Below are positions 37,301 to 48,159 of a stretch of DNA of 64,000 nucleotides, piece by piece (positions within the stretch are counted from its first letter, which is position 1; each line of letters begins with the position of its first letter). Origin of the DNA: Glaucostegus cemiculus (taxonomy: Eukaryota); NCBI GenBank assembly GCA_976551045.1, contig CDPCPM010000033.1:25668001-25732000 (forward strand), written 5' to 3'. The position numbers and the translations under genes were made by a program. The notes under the pieces are model-generated. The model saw only the letters and a list, made by a program, of their open reading frames with translations. It was not told the DNA's origin and searched no databases.

Positions 37301-40300
37301 AAAATATTTTCCTTACCTCCAACTTTATTGCAATTTCAGTCAAATACTTAAAAGGCCTCATTAACATCACACTATTTCTCTTTGCCAGGACCATTTTTAA
37401 ATTGCTATTAAATAATTGTGGCATAGCCTAGTATTGTGACCAGGAGTCAAACTAAACTATGGAAGCAGCACAACACAAAACAGAACACTTCCAAACAGAA
37501 TATTACAACACTTTCATCATGAAGTTCAGTCATCATAGCTCCTGTTCTTCTCTCATCCTATCGTTGAACACATGTTTTAAATTAAGACACCAACATGAAT
37601 GGTAAAGCCTGCAGTGCAGGACACCATACAGAATAAAAAGGGCACAAAAGAAACAAAAGTCATGCAGTTGTTAGTGGGTAATGACACATGGATTTCAAAG
37701 CCTGCAGATAGTAAGAGGAAGGAAAAATCGAACAGCACTCCTAACAAGGCGGTGGTGCTTTTGAAAAAAATTAAGATGTGTGAAAGAACACAGTAAAGAA
37801 AAAAAATGCAAGGGGAAAATAGGGTATTAAATATGATTTGGTTGTCACAGGCAAAATACAAGACCATTAGAATCCATACGATTGTCTGAGCCATTGGCAA
37901 GATTTTTGGACAATGTCAAATCTAAAACCAATTTCAGAATCTAAATCATACTTTTTGAGAAACTGAGTGGCATCATAATACAGAGGTTGTCATGGTGTGC
38001 AAGGTGATTTTTGGCCTGAGATATGAAGATTAGGCAGGCTGTAGAATCAGTCAGTGAGGAATGTTGATTTGATGCTAGGAGTTCAATTTTTGAGCATAAT
38101 GCTCTGGTTATGTCCTCTTTTAACCTCTCATGGTTAAACATATATTCTAACTACAGGAAAGAGCAGACAACAATAACCAAATGCCAACAGGTAAATTCCT
38201 CAAAGGTAGCTTGTGGCTATTGCTATGACTCTTCTCTTTCTTGTTTGAAGTTGCAAAAGTCGACTAAAAATTATTACTATGGGTGCAGAAGGATTTGCTC
38301 AAGGCTTCTGCACTGGTGCAAATGGGTATTCCTCTGGGACTGCAGTTTGCCAGAGATGCACAGAATCACCCAGCTGCTGTAAGGAGAGAAGAACAGCTGT
38401 CAGCTGGATACCATATTCACTCTGGACATTCAGTAGCTGACTGGTAGACATTACTGGAAGATGACTGATCAGGGTGCAGAATATTGACTATTTGTTTAAG
38501 ATGTATTGCATTTCCTAGGATATAACATTTGAAGATGTTTTCACTAACCATGGGTGAGGTAATTGATCTGAATTTCTTGCGGCACTACATGCAGCCCCCT
38601 GGGGCTTGACTCTTGGCATTAGGCTTTATGGCATTTGCTCCCAGGGCCTTTTGAGCATGTGCATGGAGAGACTCTTGACCATCTGTGGAAGAAGACCTGT
38701 CCCCTACTTTCCAATTCTTCAAGTAGGACCCATATGGGCAGCTAGCCCCTCAAACTATAGGCCCTTGGCTGAAGCATCCAGCTGTCCACTGTAATGATTA
38801 ATGAGCAGACACTAAGGAGTTGGCATGCTGTCTGTATAGCAATCAATGGGCATGGCTTAACTGTACATTATGATCTATGCACCAATATTCAGGACCATCC
38901 AATTTAGCCCCTTGGATGCATCTAATTCAGTACTTGTATATTCTCACTGTAGTGAACCTTTGCTCTTCATGATTTCCAAAATTCTGGATGCTTCCCAGAT
39001 TTTAATGAGGCCAGTGTATGGTTCACAAATGTAACAATGCTAATTTAATTTTATATGGTAACAAAACAGTCTTAGATTCTGCCCCCTACTGAGTTGGCTC
39101 TGGCAGACAATGCCGGCTGGTTATATTTAAATGTTTGCAACACATCTAACCTCATAAGCAGACTGCTGAATGAGATATTGCCACATACCTTACTATTAAA
39201 GGTGTGTGATTTGTTGTGACTAATTTATTGTCTATGTACAGAATGAGCAGAAGTCATATTCACACGTCCCACCAGGAAGAATCAACAATATCCTTTCAAT
39301 GGGACCTTGGGTAGCAAAGTAATTGTCATGCAAATGGTGTTCTGAGTAATAATCTGCCCTTTAATGATGAAATGATGGACCTGCCAAACACTAGATCTGC
39401 CATGAACTGCCTGCATTTCCCTCCTGCTAGGCAAAAAAAAAGATGCCCATCTGGGAGTTATTAACATATCCTCCTCAATTCAATACTGACTTTAGCATAA
39501 TCCATATTTGTTGGAGGAAGTCCAGCAGCAGCTAGAGAACAGCAGTCATATGTTGCTGTGACACATTTCAACCAGTACATATAAAGCATGCTTGGGCAGC
39601 TAAGCAATTCAGAAATGCAAATATCAAAAATGCTCCTCTGACTAGATAAAAAGGACAAATCCCTCTTGGCAAGACATCCAAGTTACTTGTTTTCTAGTTT
39701 GAATTCTCCAAATGATGTCTTATAGCTATAAATAGAAGATCAAAGCTTGTGTCATCCCCATTATGTCTCTAAATGGGTTATGTAGAAAAAACTCTTCACC
39801 AATGAATATGTGTCTCTTAAATAGCTGACACCAAATTTCCTATCTGACAAGGAGTGAGCTTGACTGAAATAAAATGAAAATCAAGATAACACTCACAGTT
39901 TTATTTAAATCTTTGATCCAAAGACCAGATCCATTCTTTCTGGCTGAAGCCCCAGTTTTTACCTACAGAGGCTACTCTTATTAAAACAGAACCCTGACTT
40001 CCACTATAGATTAAACATGAGATAAAACCACAATGAATATTAATAGACTGCACTTAAATATTCAGAACTAAGCATAGATATGAACATTTGATTTAATTGC
40101 TGAAATAATTATTTGTTGAAGGAACAAATTTACAGCTGGTTTGAAAGCTTTTCCCCGTTTGCTGTTTGTGGGCTTTGATTCGTTTAGCCTGAGATAATGC
40201 GAACAATTAGACACCCAGCATTTTCTTTGGCATCCCTCCAGGAAGAACTGAGAGCCAGTGGTAGTGCAGATTTCCCAGAGCACACTGACAAGATAACTGT

Positions 40301-40524
40301 TCCTGTTCTCAGGCTATGAGGCTCGTACTGTCAGTTTAACACCAGAGGAACACAGCTACTATGAGCTCATTTAAAGCCATAATTTTTATAGATTTGCCCT
40401 TGTGGCTGAATGTTATTAAATTAATAGTTTTTTAAAAATAATCCATTTTGACCATGAAGATTATTGTTTCATAATTATCTCTAATTTATAGATATATTTT
40501 AACTTCAAAATACATACATATTTA

Positions 40525-41180
40525 TAAGATGTTGGTGCCACTTGCTTGGTTAGAATTATTGCCCTACCTTGCCTTTGAGCCACTGCAGTCCGTGTTGTGG
40601 ATGGAGACAGTCCCGTAATACTTAGACAGACAGTCCCAGGATTTTGCATCAGTGATAATGAAAGAACAGGGATACAATTACATCACAGGATGATCTATGA
40701 CTTGGGAGGGGAACTTGGAGATGGTGCCCCAACAGAAATGCTAAGCATTCTTCCTGGTGGTAGAGATAATGGGTTTGGGAGGTATTACAGAATGCTGTGA
40801 AACAAGGTTCAGCAGTGCGTTTAGTAGATGGTACACATTGCATCCAAGGTGGAGGGAGCAGATGCTTATTGTGAAAACTTTGCTCTGGATGGTGTTGAGT
40901 TTTTTTTAAGTACAATTTGAGCTATAGTAATCCAGGTAAATGGAAAATATTTACCACCATCTACAAGTATGCATTGTGGATGAAGGTAAATCACACAGCA
41001 CAGGATACCCAGCCCTTCTTTTGTAACCACAGTATATGGATGTTTGGTCCCTTTTAAGTTTCCGGCCAAATTCTCCAGATTATTTATTCTGGGGAATTTG
41101 TTGAAGGCATGTCTATTGAATGTTAAGGAAGTATGGTTAAATTCTCTCTGGTTGGAAATGGTCATTGCAACATTACTTGC
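40525..41180 (-). mobile_element. 'Family B' LINE, 3' portion
   Basis: Colinear with 12368-12975. ORF 40866..41165(-) MTISNQREFNHTSLTFN...INNLEN...YTVVTKEGLGIL. Confidence 0.75.
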
Positions 41181-41204
41181 CTCAATCCAGGAACTTGATG
41201 AAAT

Positions 41205-42590
41205 ATCCTCAATTCACCAAGATGAGGTCAGCTTCAATAGCACCCAGGAAGCTCAGCACCATAAGACTACTTCATTGTGATCCTATTCACAACCCCAAAG
41301 GGCACTGTGTATCTTCTCTGAAATGCTCTTCAGCAGTGTTCTTAGGTTTCTTTATCAGCTCCTCCCAAGGATAAAGATCATCAGAAGGGCTTGACAGCAA
41401 TAATTTATGATTTAATTATGAAAATACGGTCAGATTCACTGGACAAAATTAAAAATGATTGGAAAAGTGAACTCCAGATTTCTATATCTATAGAGATTTG
41501 GAAGAAAATTCTTCATTTAGTTAATACATCCTCAATGTGTGCCAGACACTCATTGATACAGTTTAAAGTTGTGCACAGGGCCTATATGTCCAAAGATAAG
41601 CTAGCTCGTTTTTATGATCATTTAAACCCTATATGTGACAGATGTAAATCGATCGTGGCTTCTTTGTCACATATGTTCTGGTCTTGTCCTTATTTGGAAA
41701 AATATTGGAAAGACATTTTCAATATTATTTCAGATGTATTGAAGATCAGTTTACAACCTCACCCTATTACTGCAATTTTTGGATTACCATGGATAAAGTC
41801 TGGCCATTTACCTGCTTCTGCTAATCGTATGATTGCTTTTGTTACATTGATGGCCAAACGAGCCATTCTGCTTAAATGGAAGGATCCAATACCCCCTACC
41901 ACTTTTCAATGGTTCTCTCAAACTATATCATGTCTTAATTTGGAAAAAATTAGGAGTGGTACTGTTGATTCTTTGCTTAAATTTGAAGATATTTGGAGTC
42001 CATTTATTCAATACTTTCATATGATGTAGTTTCCCCTTCTATAACTTTTTTTTAAATTTAAATTTTTTTAAATTTTAGCCCAGTTTTTTTTCCTTGTTTT
42101 GTTTTTTTTTTCTTTTTTTTAAATTCATTTTTGGTTTAATTTACTCTATATTATTATGATTTTTTAAAATTGATTTGGGTTTTTTTTCTTTTTTTTTCTA
42201 ATTATATAACAAATCTTTTTTTCTATCTTTTACATTACACTTATGAACCGAGAGATTGTTGGAACTATTTCTTTTATATATATCATACTTTATTGCTTTT
42301 TTTATGATTACCTACGATTTACTTGATATTTCTATAATACATGTGTAAATATTGTTGTTATATATCTTAACCTGTAATGATTTGTTATCAATAAAAAAGA
42401 TTGAAAAAGAAAGAAAGAAAGGATAAAGGCACAAGGGAACAGCATTACCTGCAATATAGTGTTGTTTCTGAGTCTAAATGTTGGGTGACTCTACACAATA
42501 GCTCTTTTGGAGTGTTTCATTAGAAGGACTACAGCAGTTCATGAAGATGGCTCAACACTATATCAAAGGCAATTGGGAATGGGCACCTTC
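41205..42590 (+). mobile_element. Second 'family B' LINE 3' portion, opposite orientation, split by the L1 insertion (41205-41366 and 42429-42590)
   Basis: 'agcttcaatagcacccaggaagctcagcaccat' on the left and 'ggactacagcagttcatgaagatggctcaacac..aaggcaattgggaatgggca' on the right match the reverse complement of the family B 3' end. Confidence 0.6.
41377..42418 (+). mobile_element. Young 5'-truncated L1-clade LINE (ORF2 C-terminus, T-rich 3' UTR, (GAAA)n tail) with a 10-bp TSD
   Basis: Uninterrupted ORF 41391..42029 with IQFKVVHRAY and the CCHC zinc knuckle CDRCKSIVASLSHMFWSC. AATAAA at 42390-42395. TSD AAGGATAAAG at 41367-41376 and 42419-42428. Confidence 0.92.
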
Positions 42591-43283
42591 ATCCTATCAA
42601 CACACTACAAAATTTCACAGCAGGAATTGGATAGGTGGTTCCATCTGCTTTTGGACTACTTGCATAGGGATCACTTTACTGTGATTATGATCAGTAAAAC
42701 TTCACAGATGAAGTAACCCAAACTTTGATTATGAATGGGTTGAAACTGGTGTAAATGTACTTCAGTAAACTGTTCCTTCATTGTGAGGTGTCACTTCACC
42801 CTTGTCACTCGTCATTGATATTTAACTTACAACCACCAACTAGCTGTTTCTTGACAGGTTCAAGCATGAAAATCTCCCAGGTTTTGTGCTGCTGGAGTCA
42901 AACTGATATGATCTCCTCCCCTCACCAATACCTCTAAAACACAGTAAGCATCTTAAAAGTGTGCAAATGTCATAATGTGCATGTCTAACGTGATCTTCCA
43001 AATGGGACCTGGGCTCTCATGTCATTTTTTTGCCACCCCTGTAGGTTCTTTTATGTTGCCATTCACTCCTGCACGTAACAAAGATAGAGCTACTAACAAA
43101 ACATTCTTTATTGAAGGTAATCAACACTTAACCTTTGGTACGCTGTATTGAGCAGTAGGTCCTGTCCCAGTGAAACATTACCATGGAGTTTTTGGAACTC
43201 TTGAATTACTTCCATAGGGGATTATGTTCCTTCTGTCAGCCATCCAGCGTAGTCTAAGCTTCAGTCTGTTCAGTAAGTACTTT

Positions 43284-43525
43284 GGGGCAGCACGATAGTG
43301 TAGCGGTTAGCCCGACGCTGTTACAGCGCTAGCGATCGGGGTTCAATTCCTGTTGCTGACTGTAAGGAGTTTGTACGTTCTCCCGTGTCTGCGTGGGTTT
43401 CCTCCGGATGCTCCGGTTTCCTCCCACATTCTAAAAGACATACAGGTGGGTTAATTTGGGGGTTTAAAATGGGCGGGCGGACTCACTGGGCTGAAAGGGC
43501 CTGTTACCATGCTGTAAATAAAATA
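43284..43525 (+). mobile_element. Young tRNA-derived V-SINE with a CR1-type tail
   Basis: A-box-like TAGTGTAGCGG (43296-43306), B box GGTTCAATTCC (43340-43350), V-domain 'gtgtctgcgtgggtttcctccggatgctccggtttcctcccaca', tail 'tgggctgaaagggcctgttaccatgctgta'. Confidence 0.92.
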
Positions 43526-44884
43526 TAAAAATTATAATATGAGACATGAGACTCCTCCCTGAGAAACATGCAGTCTCATCTAAAACAACATCAGCTAAGT
43601 TATTTGAAATGACCTTGCTAGAGCACTCTGGCCCAAGCTTCTCACTTTCCACATTATCTATGGATCTTTAGGTAGCAAAAGAGCAGCCGTTGTTCTCTCA
43701 TTCATCAGAACAACTCTGTTGGAGCTGGTTCTGGTGAATCAGGTCTGATAATGTCTGTGAGGTCTTGGAAGCCCACCTGACCAGTGGTCTGTTTGGGTGA
43801 GACCACTGCCCCCTGGAGCTCTTCACTGGTCACTGCTACAATTTTCCCAGACAGTCCCTTAAACTGAATGTCTCGATTCGACCACTGCCAATGATTATTG
43901 GTGTACACCTCTCTCAAAATGCCATGATAGGCAACTGAATGCACCAATCCAACAATTTCTCTCCACCTTAACTTTCAGTATTTGGCACATAGGTGCCAAA
44001 TACATTTTAGCTTCACATCAATAAAAAGCATTTGAGAATTTTCCAATAGAGACCCAAATGCATTAGTTATCAATAAGCACACTTATTATGGCATTCTCAA
44101 TTAATAAGAAGACTTTTGAATGTGCTGACATCCAATAATATCTACTCAACATACCTTTTCCAGCCCTTCACCATCCGATACCAGTATGAGAACGGTGCTA
44201 AAACAGGACAGCTCCATACATCAGAGAGCTTCTCGTTCCTGCAGTTCTTACACTTGTGCTACTTGTCCCTCAGGCTCCTGGCCCTCTGTCTGCTCTTCAT
44301 CAGACACAGCTGCTGTTTCCGTTTAGCCAGGCTATGCAGCGCACTGCAGTGAGGTCTCTGCAGCAACTGAGTTCACATCAGTATGTGCGAACCGATGAAG
44401 ATGTGGATTCTCAGTTTCAGGAGTCCGATGGCATTTCCCACCTTTGCATTTGTTGCTCTGTGTCACACTGCTCAGCAGGAGTAGTTGGAGGGGTGAACAG
44501 GGGTCAAAAGCCATTGAGCTAAAGGGTACCCTCATCTCTCAGAGCCTTCCCCAAAGGTAGTGCTGTCTACTGAAGATGCAGGTAGTGTGTTTTTCCTAAA
44601 ATTCTACCACCTCCACACTGAAATGAAAGTACATAAATTTGTTCCAGGATGACTTCTCCAATGTTGCAATGAGCAGCAAACTGAGAAAATGGCAGAAATC
44701 AGCAGTAGAATGATCCAGAGGCCAGAAAGTTGGAAATTACCATTACCTTGACTTCCAGAGAGAGCGCAGTCCACAGAGTGTGTGCTAGAAGAACATACCA
44801 CAGACGATCACAGAGCTCATTTCTCACAGCCTATTGTTCTCTTCTAATCAACAAAGCCACATTTTGTCAGACTGTTAACACTAA

Positions 44885-45052
44885 TGGCATTGTGATTAAT
44901 TTACTAGATTACTATCCAGAGGCTTGGTAATGGAAGGGAATCGACCATTCTCACTGGTCTGGCCTGTAAGTACGTTGAGACCCACTGATATCGTTGAATC
45001 TCAGTTACCTCCTCAGTTCAAGCAATTAAGGATAGACAATGAATGCTGGCCT
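44885..45052 (+). mobile_element. Decayed SINE-like element ending in the family B LINE 3' tail
   Basis: Ends in 'gcaattaaggatagacaatgaatgctggcctag', the reverse complement of the family B terminus at 9218-9250. Confidence 0.5.
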
Positions 45053-45053
45053 A

Positions 45054-45350
45054 GGCAGTGTAGCAGTTAGCATAATGCTATTACAGCGCCAGTGACCCGG
45101 GTTCAATTCCGCCACTGTCTGTAAGGAGTTTGTACGTTCTCCCTATGTCTGCATGGGTTTCCTCCGGGTGCTGCGGTTTCCTCCCACATTCCAAAGACGT
45201 ACAGGTTAGGAGCTGCAAGCATGCTATGTTGGCGGCAGAAGCGTGGCGACACTTGTGGGCTGCCCCCAGAACATTCTCAGTAACGCAGAAAGATGCATTT
45301 CACTCTGTGTTTCGATGTACACGTGACTAATAAAGAAATATTTTATCTTA
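45054..45350 (+). mobile_element. tRNA-derived V-SINE with a Rex1/Babar-like tail
   Basis: Same head and V-domain as 43284 (GGTTCAATTCC; 'ctgtaaggagtttgtacgttctcc'), but the 3' end is 'gcatttcactctgtgtttcgatgtacacgtgactaataaa'. Confidence 0.88.
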
Positions 45351-45600
45351 TGTTTTATTTTTAAAAAAAAGCTTTAGGAGTAAATCAGGAAGAATAAGAT
45401 CATGAGAAGAGCAGCTAATCAAAGTGTGGCACATTTTGCTGAGTTTGGTGATATGGGAAATCAATCAGTATAGAATTAGAGACATTAATGTTAACCACTT
45501 GAGACTTGCAGATAATTGCTGCAAAGTAATACACTAATAAAATAACAAGGAATTAAAGGAAGAAACTGGAAAGCTGAAGTACACAAATACCATGGCACAT

Positions 45601-45695
45601 CTGATGAAGGGTCTCGACCTGAAACATCGACTGTTTATTTCCCTCCATAGATGCTGCCTGACCTGCTGAGATCCTCCAGCATTTTTTCTGTTGCA
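45601..45695 (+). mobile_element. Penelope-type short repeat with the best-preserved minimal type-I hammerhead motif (45601-45633)
   Basis: CTGATGA-A-GGGTC-TC-GACCT-GAAAC-ATC-GACTG, then 'catagatgctgcctgacctgctgag..ctccagcattt'. Confidence 0.8.
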
Positions 45696-45734
45696 CCACA
45701 ACACATCAGTTTAATTTTGGTTTTAAAATCTCAG

Positions 45735-46150
45735 CAGAGAGTGCAGAGGAAATTCACCAGGATGTTACTTGCATTGGAGAACTTTAGTTATGGGAAGAGA
45801 TTGGCTGGGCTTGTTTTCCCTGGAGCAAAGAAGACTGAGGGGTGACCTGTTAGAATTATATAAGATTATGAGAGACATTGTTGGGGTAGATGGTCAAAAT
45901 ATTTTCCCCATGGTAGGGGTACAAAATCAAGAGTGCATTGTTTTAAGGTGAGAGATAGGAGATTTAAAGAGGATATTTGAGGGTTTTATTTTTACACACA
46001 GTGAGCGGTTGATATCTGGAAAGTGCCACCAGAGGAAGTTGTGGAGTCAGTTACAAATATTATGTTTAAGAGGCACTTAGACATATACAACTACCAACAC
46101 ACAGAAGGATATGATCCTAATGTGGACAAACGGGAAGGGCCCTTTTCTGT
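45735..46150 (+). mobile_element. CR1 3' fragment
   Basis: RVQRKFTRML / LGLFSLEQRRLRGDLLELYKIMR; ends in 'gggcccttttctgtgctgtacaactctatgact'. Confidence 0.88.
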
Positions 46151-46199
46151 GCTGTACAACTCTATGACTTCAAGACCCTGACTTGAAGGGAGCATCCCT

Positions 46200-47180
46200 C
46201 TCCCTGAACCAGTGAGTCTTGGGCTCAAGAATCAGAGATGGAAGCACATCACATGGACTGATATGAGCAATACTGAGAGTGCTGCTCCATTACAGCTGTC
46301 ACCTATCAGGTAAAGTTGCATCTTCTTTCTTGGGAGGTCTCAGGGGATATCAAAGCAGAGAATTTAGATTTGGCCAACATTAATTCCTCAATCAACAATG
46401 AGTAATATCATCTTAACTTCGTTGCTGTTTATGGGGCTTATCCACAGCTAAGGGCATTGGAGTTTAGGAGTAGGGACATTACATGGCAGTTATATCCTGT
46501 AAGTCATTGGTGAGGCTGCACTTGAAGTATTGTGTACAGTTTTGGTCACCCTGTTATAGGAAAAACATTGTCAAGCTGGAGGGGGTGCAGAAGAGATCTA
46601 TGAGGATGCTGCCTGGACTAGAGGAGCCTGAGTTATAGGGAGAGGTTGGTCACGCTGGATCTTTATTCCTTGGAGCGTAGGAGAATGAGGGGTGACCTCA
46701 TAGAATTTTACAAAATCATGAGAGGTATGGATAAGGTTACGGTCATAGTCTTTTCCCCAGGGTAGTGGAGTCCACAACTAGAAGGCACAGATACAAGGTA
46801 AGAGGGGAGAGATTTAAAAGAGATTTGAGAGGTAACTTCTTTATATAGGGGGTAGTGAGTACCTGGAATGAGCTGCCACAGGAAGTGGTTGAGGCGGGTA
46901 CAATCGCAACATTTAAGAGGCATTTGGACAGGTACATGGAGAGGAAGGGCTTGGAGGGTTATGGGCCAAATGGGGGCAACTGGGACTAACAGGGAGGATG
47001 CTGTGCTTGGCATGGACCAGTCGGACTGAAGGGCCTGTTTCCATGCTTTATTATTCTATAACTCTATGACACTGCCTACTATATTCCCCTTCTTTACAAC
47101 GGGAATGGCAAGAGAACTTCAAGCACATTGGGATATCATAAGATTGCAGAAGATGCTATATAAATGCAAGTTCCTTTCTC
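46200..47180 (+). mobile_element. Old Deu-domain SINE (SacSINE1-like) split by a CR1 (46200-46437 and 47072-47180)
   Basis: 'gcaatactgagagtgctgc', 'tggccaacattaattcctcaatcaaca' and 'ttgctgtttatggg' on the left; 'gctatataaatgcaagttcctttct' tail on the right. Confidence 0.6.
46440..47070 (+). mobile_element. CR1 3' fragment
   Basis: LVRLHLKYCVQFWSPCYRK..LEGVQKR; LYSLERRRMRGDLIEFYKIMRG; tail 'ggactgaagggcctgtttccatgct...ctctatgac'. Confidence 0.92.
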
Positions 47181-48159
47181 TAAAGTAAAAGAGCATGTTT
47201 AGTCATGACCTCAAAAAAATGAAGATATGAAAATAATGATCTTTGAAGGTTACATTGCCCATCACAAAATATTGCAGTATTATTGTTTAATAACACATAC
47301 AATGGGCCTATGATGCAGTAAATTTAAGAACCACTGCCATTGCAAGAACTTGAATGATTTTCCAATTTTCTAGAGAGCTTAATAGAAAGTAATTAATTTT
47401 GCCTTTCTATTAAAATTGACACAAAATAGATAACAATGGTTTAGTTTATTCCATGACTGACACTGATGGCTTAGACTGATAGATGGAAAAATCTTCTATA
47501 TAATGTAACCTTTACTAAAAGTGTGACCTTTTAAAAACTGTACTCCCCTTGCTTTTTATGCATTTACTTGGGCTGATCATCATCCAAAATGAAAGACTAT
47601 GTGAGTAACTAGTTCACAGGCTCAGACTTCCCTGAAACCAGCTAACAGTAAGCAGCCTGTTGCGAATGTGTCTCACTGAGCTCTTCCCTTTCACTGGCTA
47701 TAACTGACCTCCAAACACTGGGCTTCCCATGATGGCATGACCTACAATAGAAGCTTAGAAATCAAGAACCAAAGCTACAATACCAAAGCATAACCACCCG
47801 GATAACATAATCACTGCATGTTCCATTTATACCATCAGAATTACTTACTAGAATTAGAGTATGATATAGGCTTTTATTTTTACAACATTATATTTGCTTA
47901 ATTGAATGGAAGCATGAAAGACATTTCAGTGCTCCCCAGAGTCATACAATGCTACTCCAAAATAATATATGGAGCTTATGAGAATATGCACTTGCTAGCA
48001 CGTACTGATTATGAATAGACAGGTGCAGAACAAATATATATATGTGACAAAATTATATACTGACAATATTCTATTAGTGAACTGACTTGAGAACTACTGA
48101 GTAACAGTAATTGTAATTGAATAATACATAGATTCTAGTTAATGAAATGCAATGGGAGG

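Noticed and set aside
42030-42360. T-rich low-complexity tract as a separate feature or terminator
   Set aside because: It lies between the L1 stop codon and its poly(A) signal, inside the TSD, so it is the element's 3' UTR.
43284-43360. tRNA gene (A and B boxes; also near 45054-45115)
   Set aside because: The boxes run straight into a V-domain and LINE tail, and I could not fold a proper cloverleaf. These are SINE heads.
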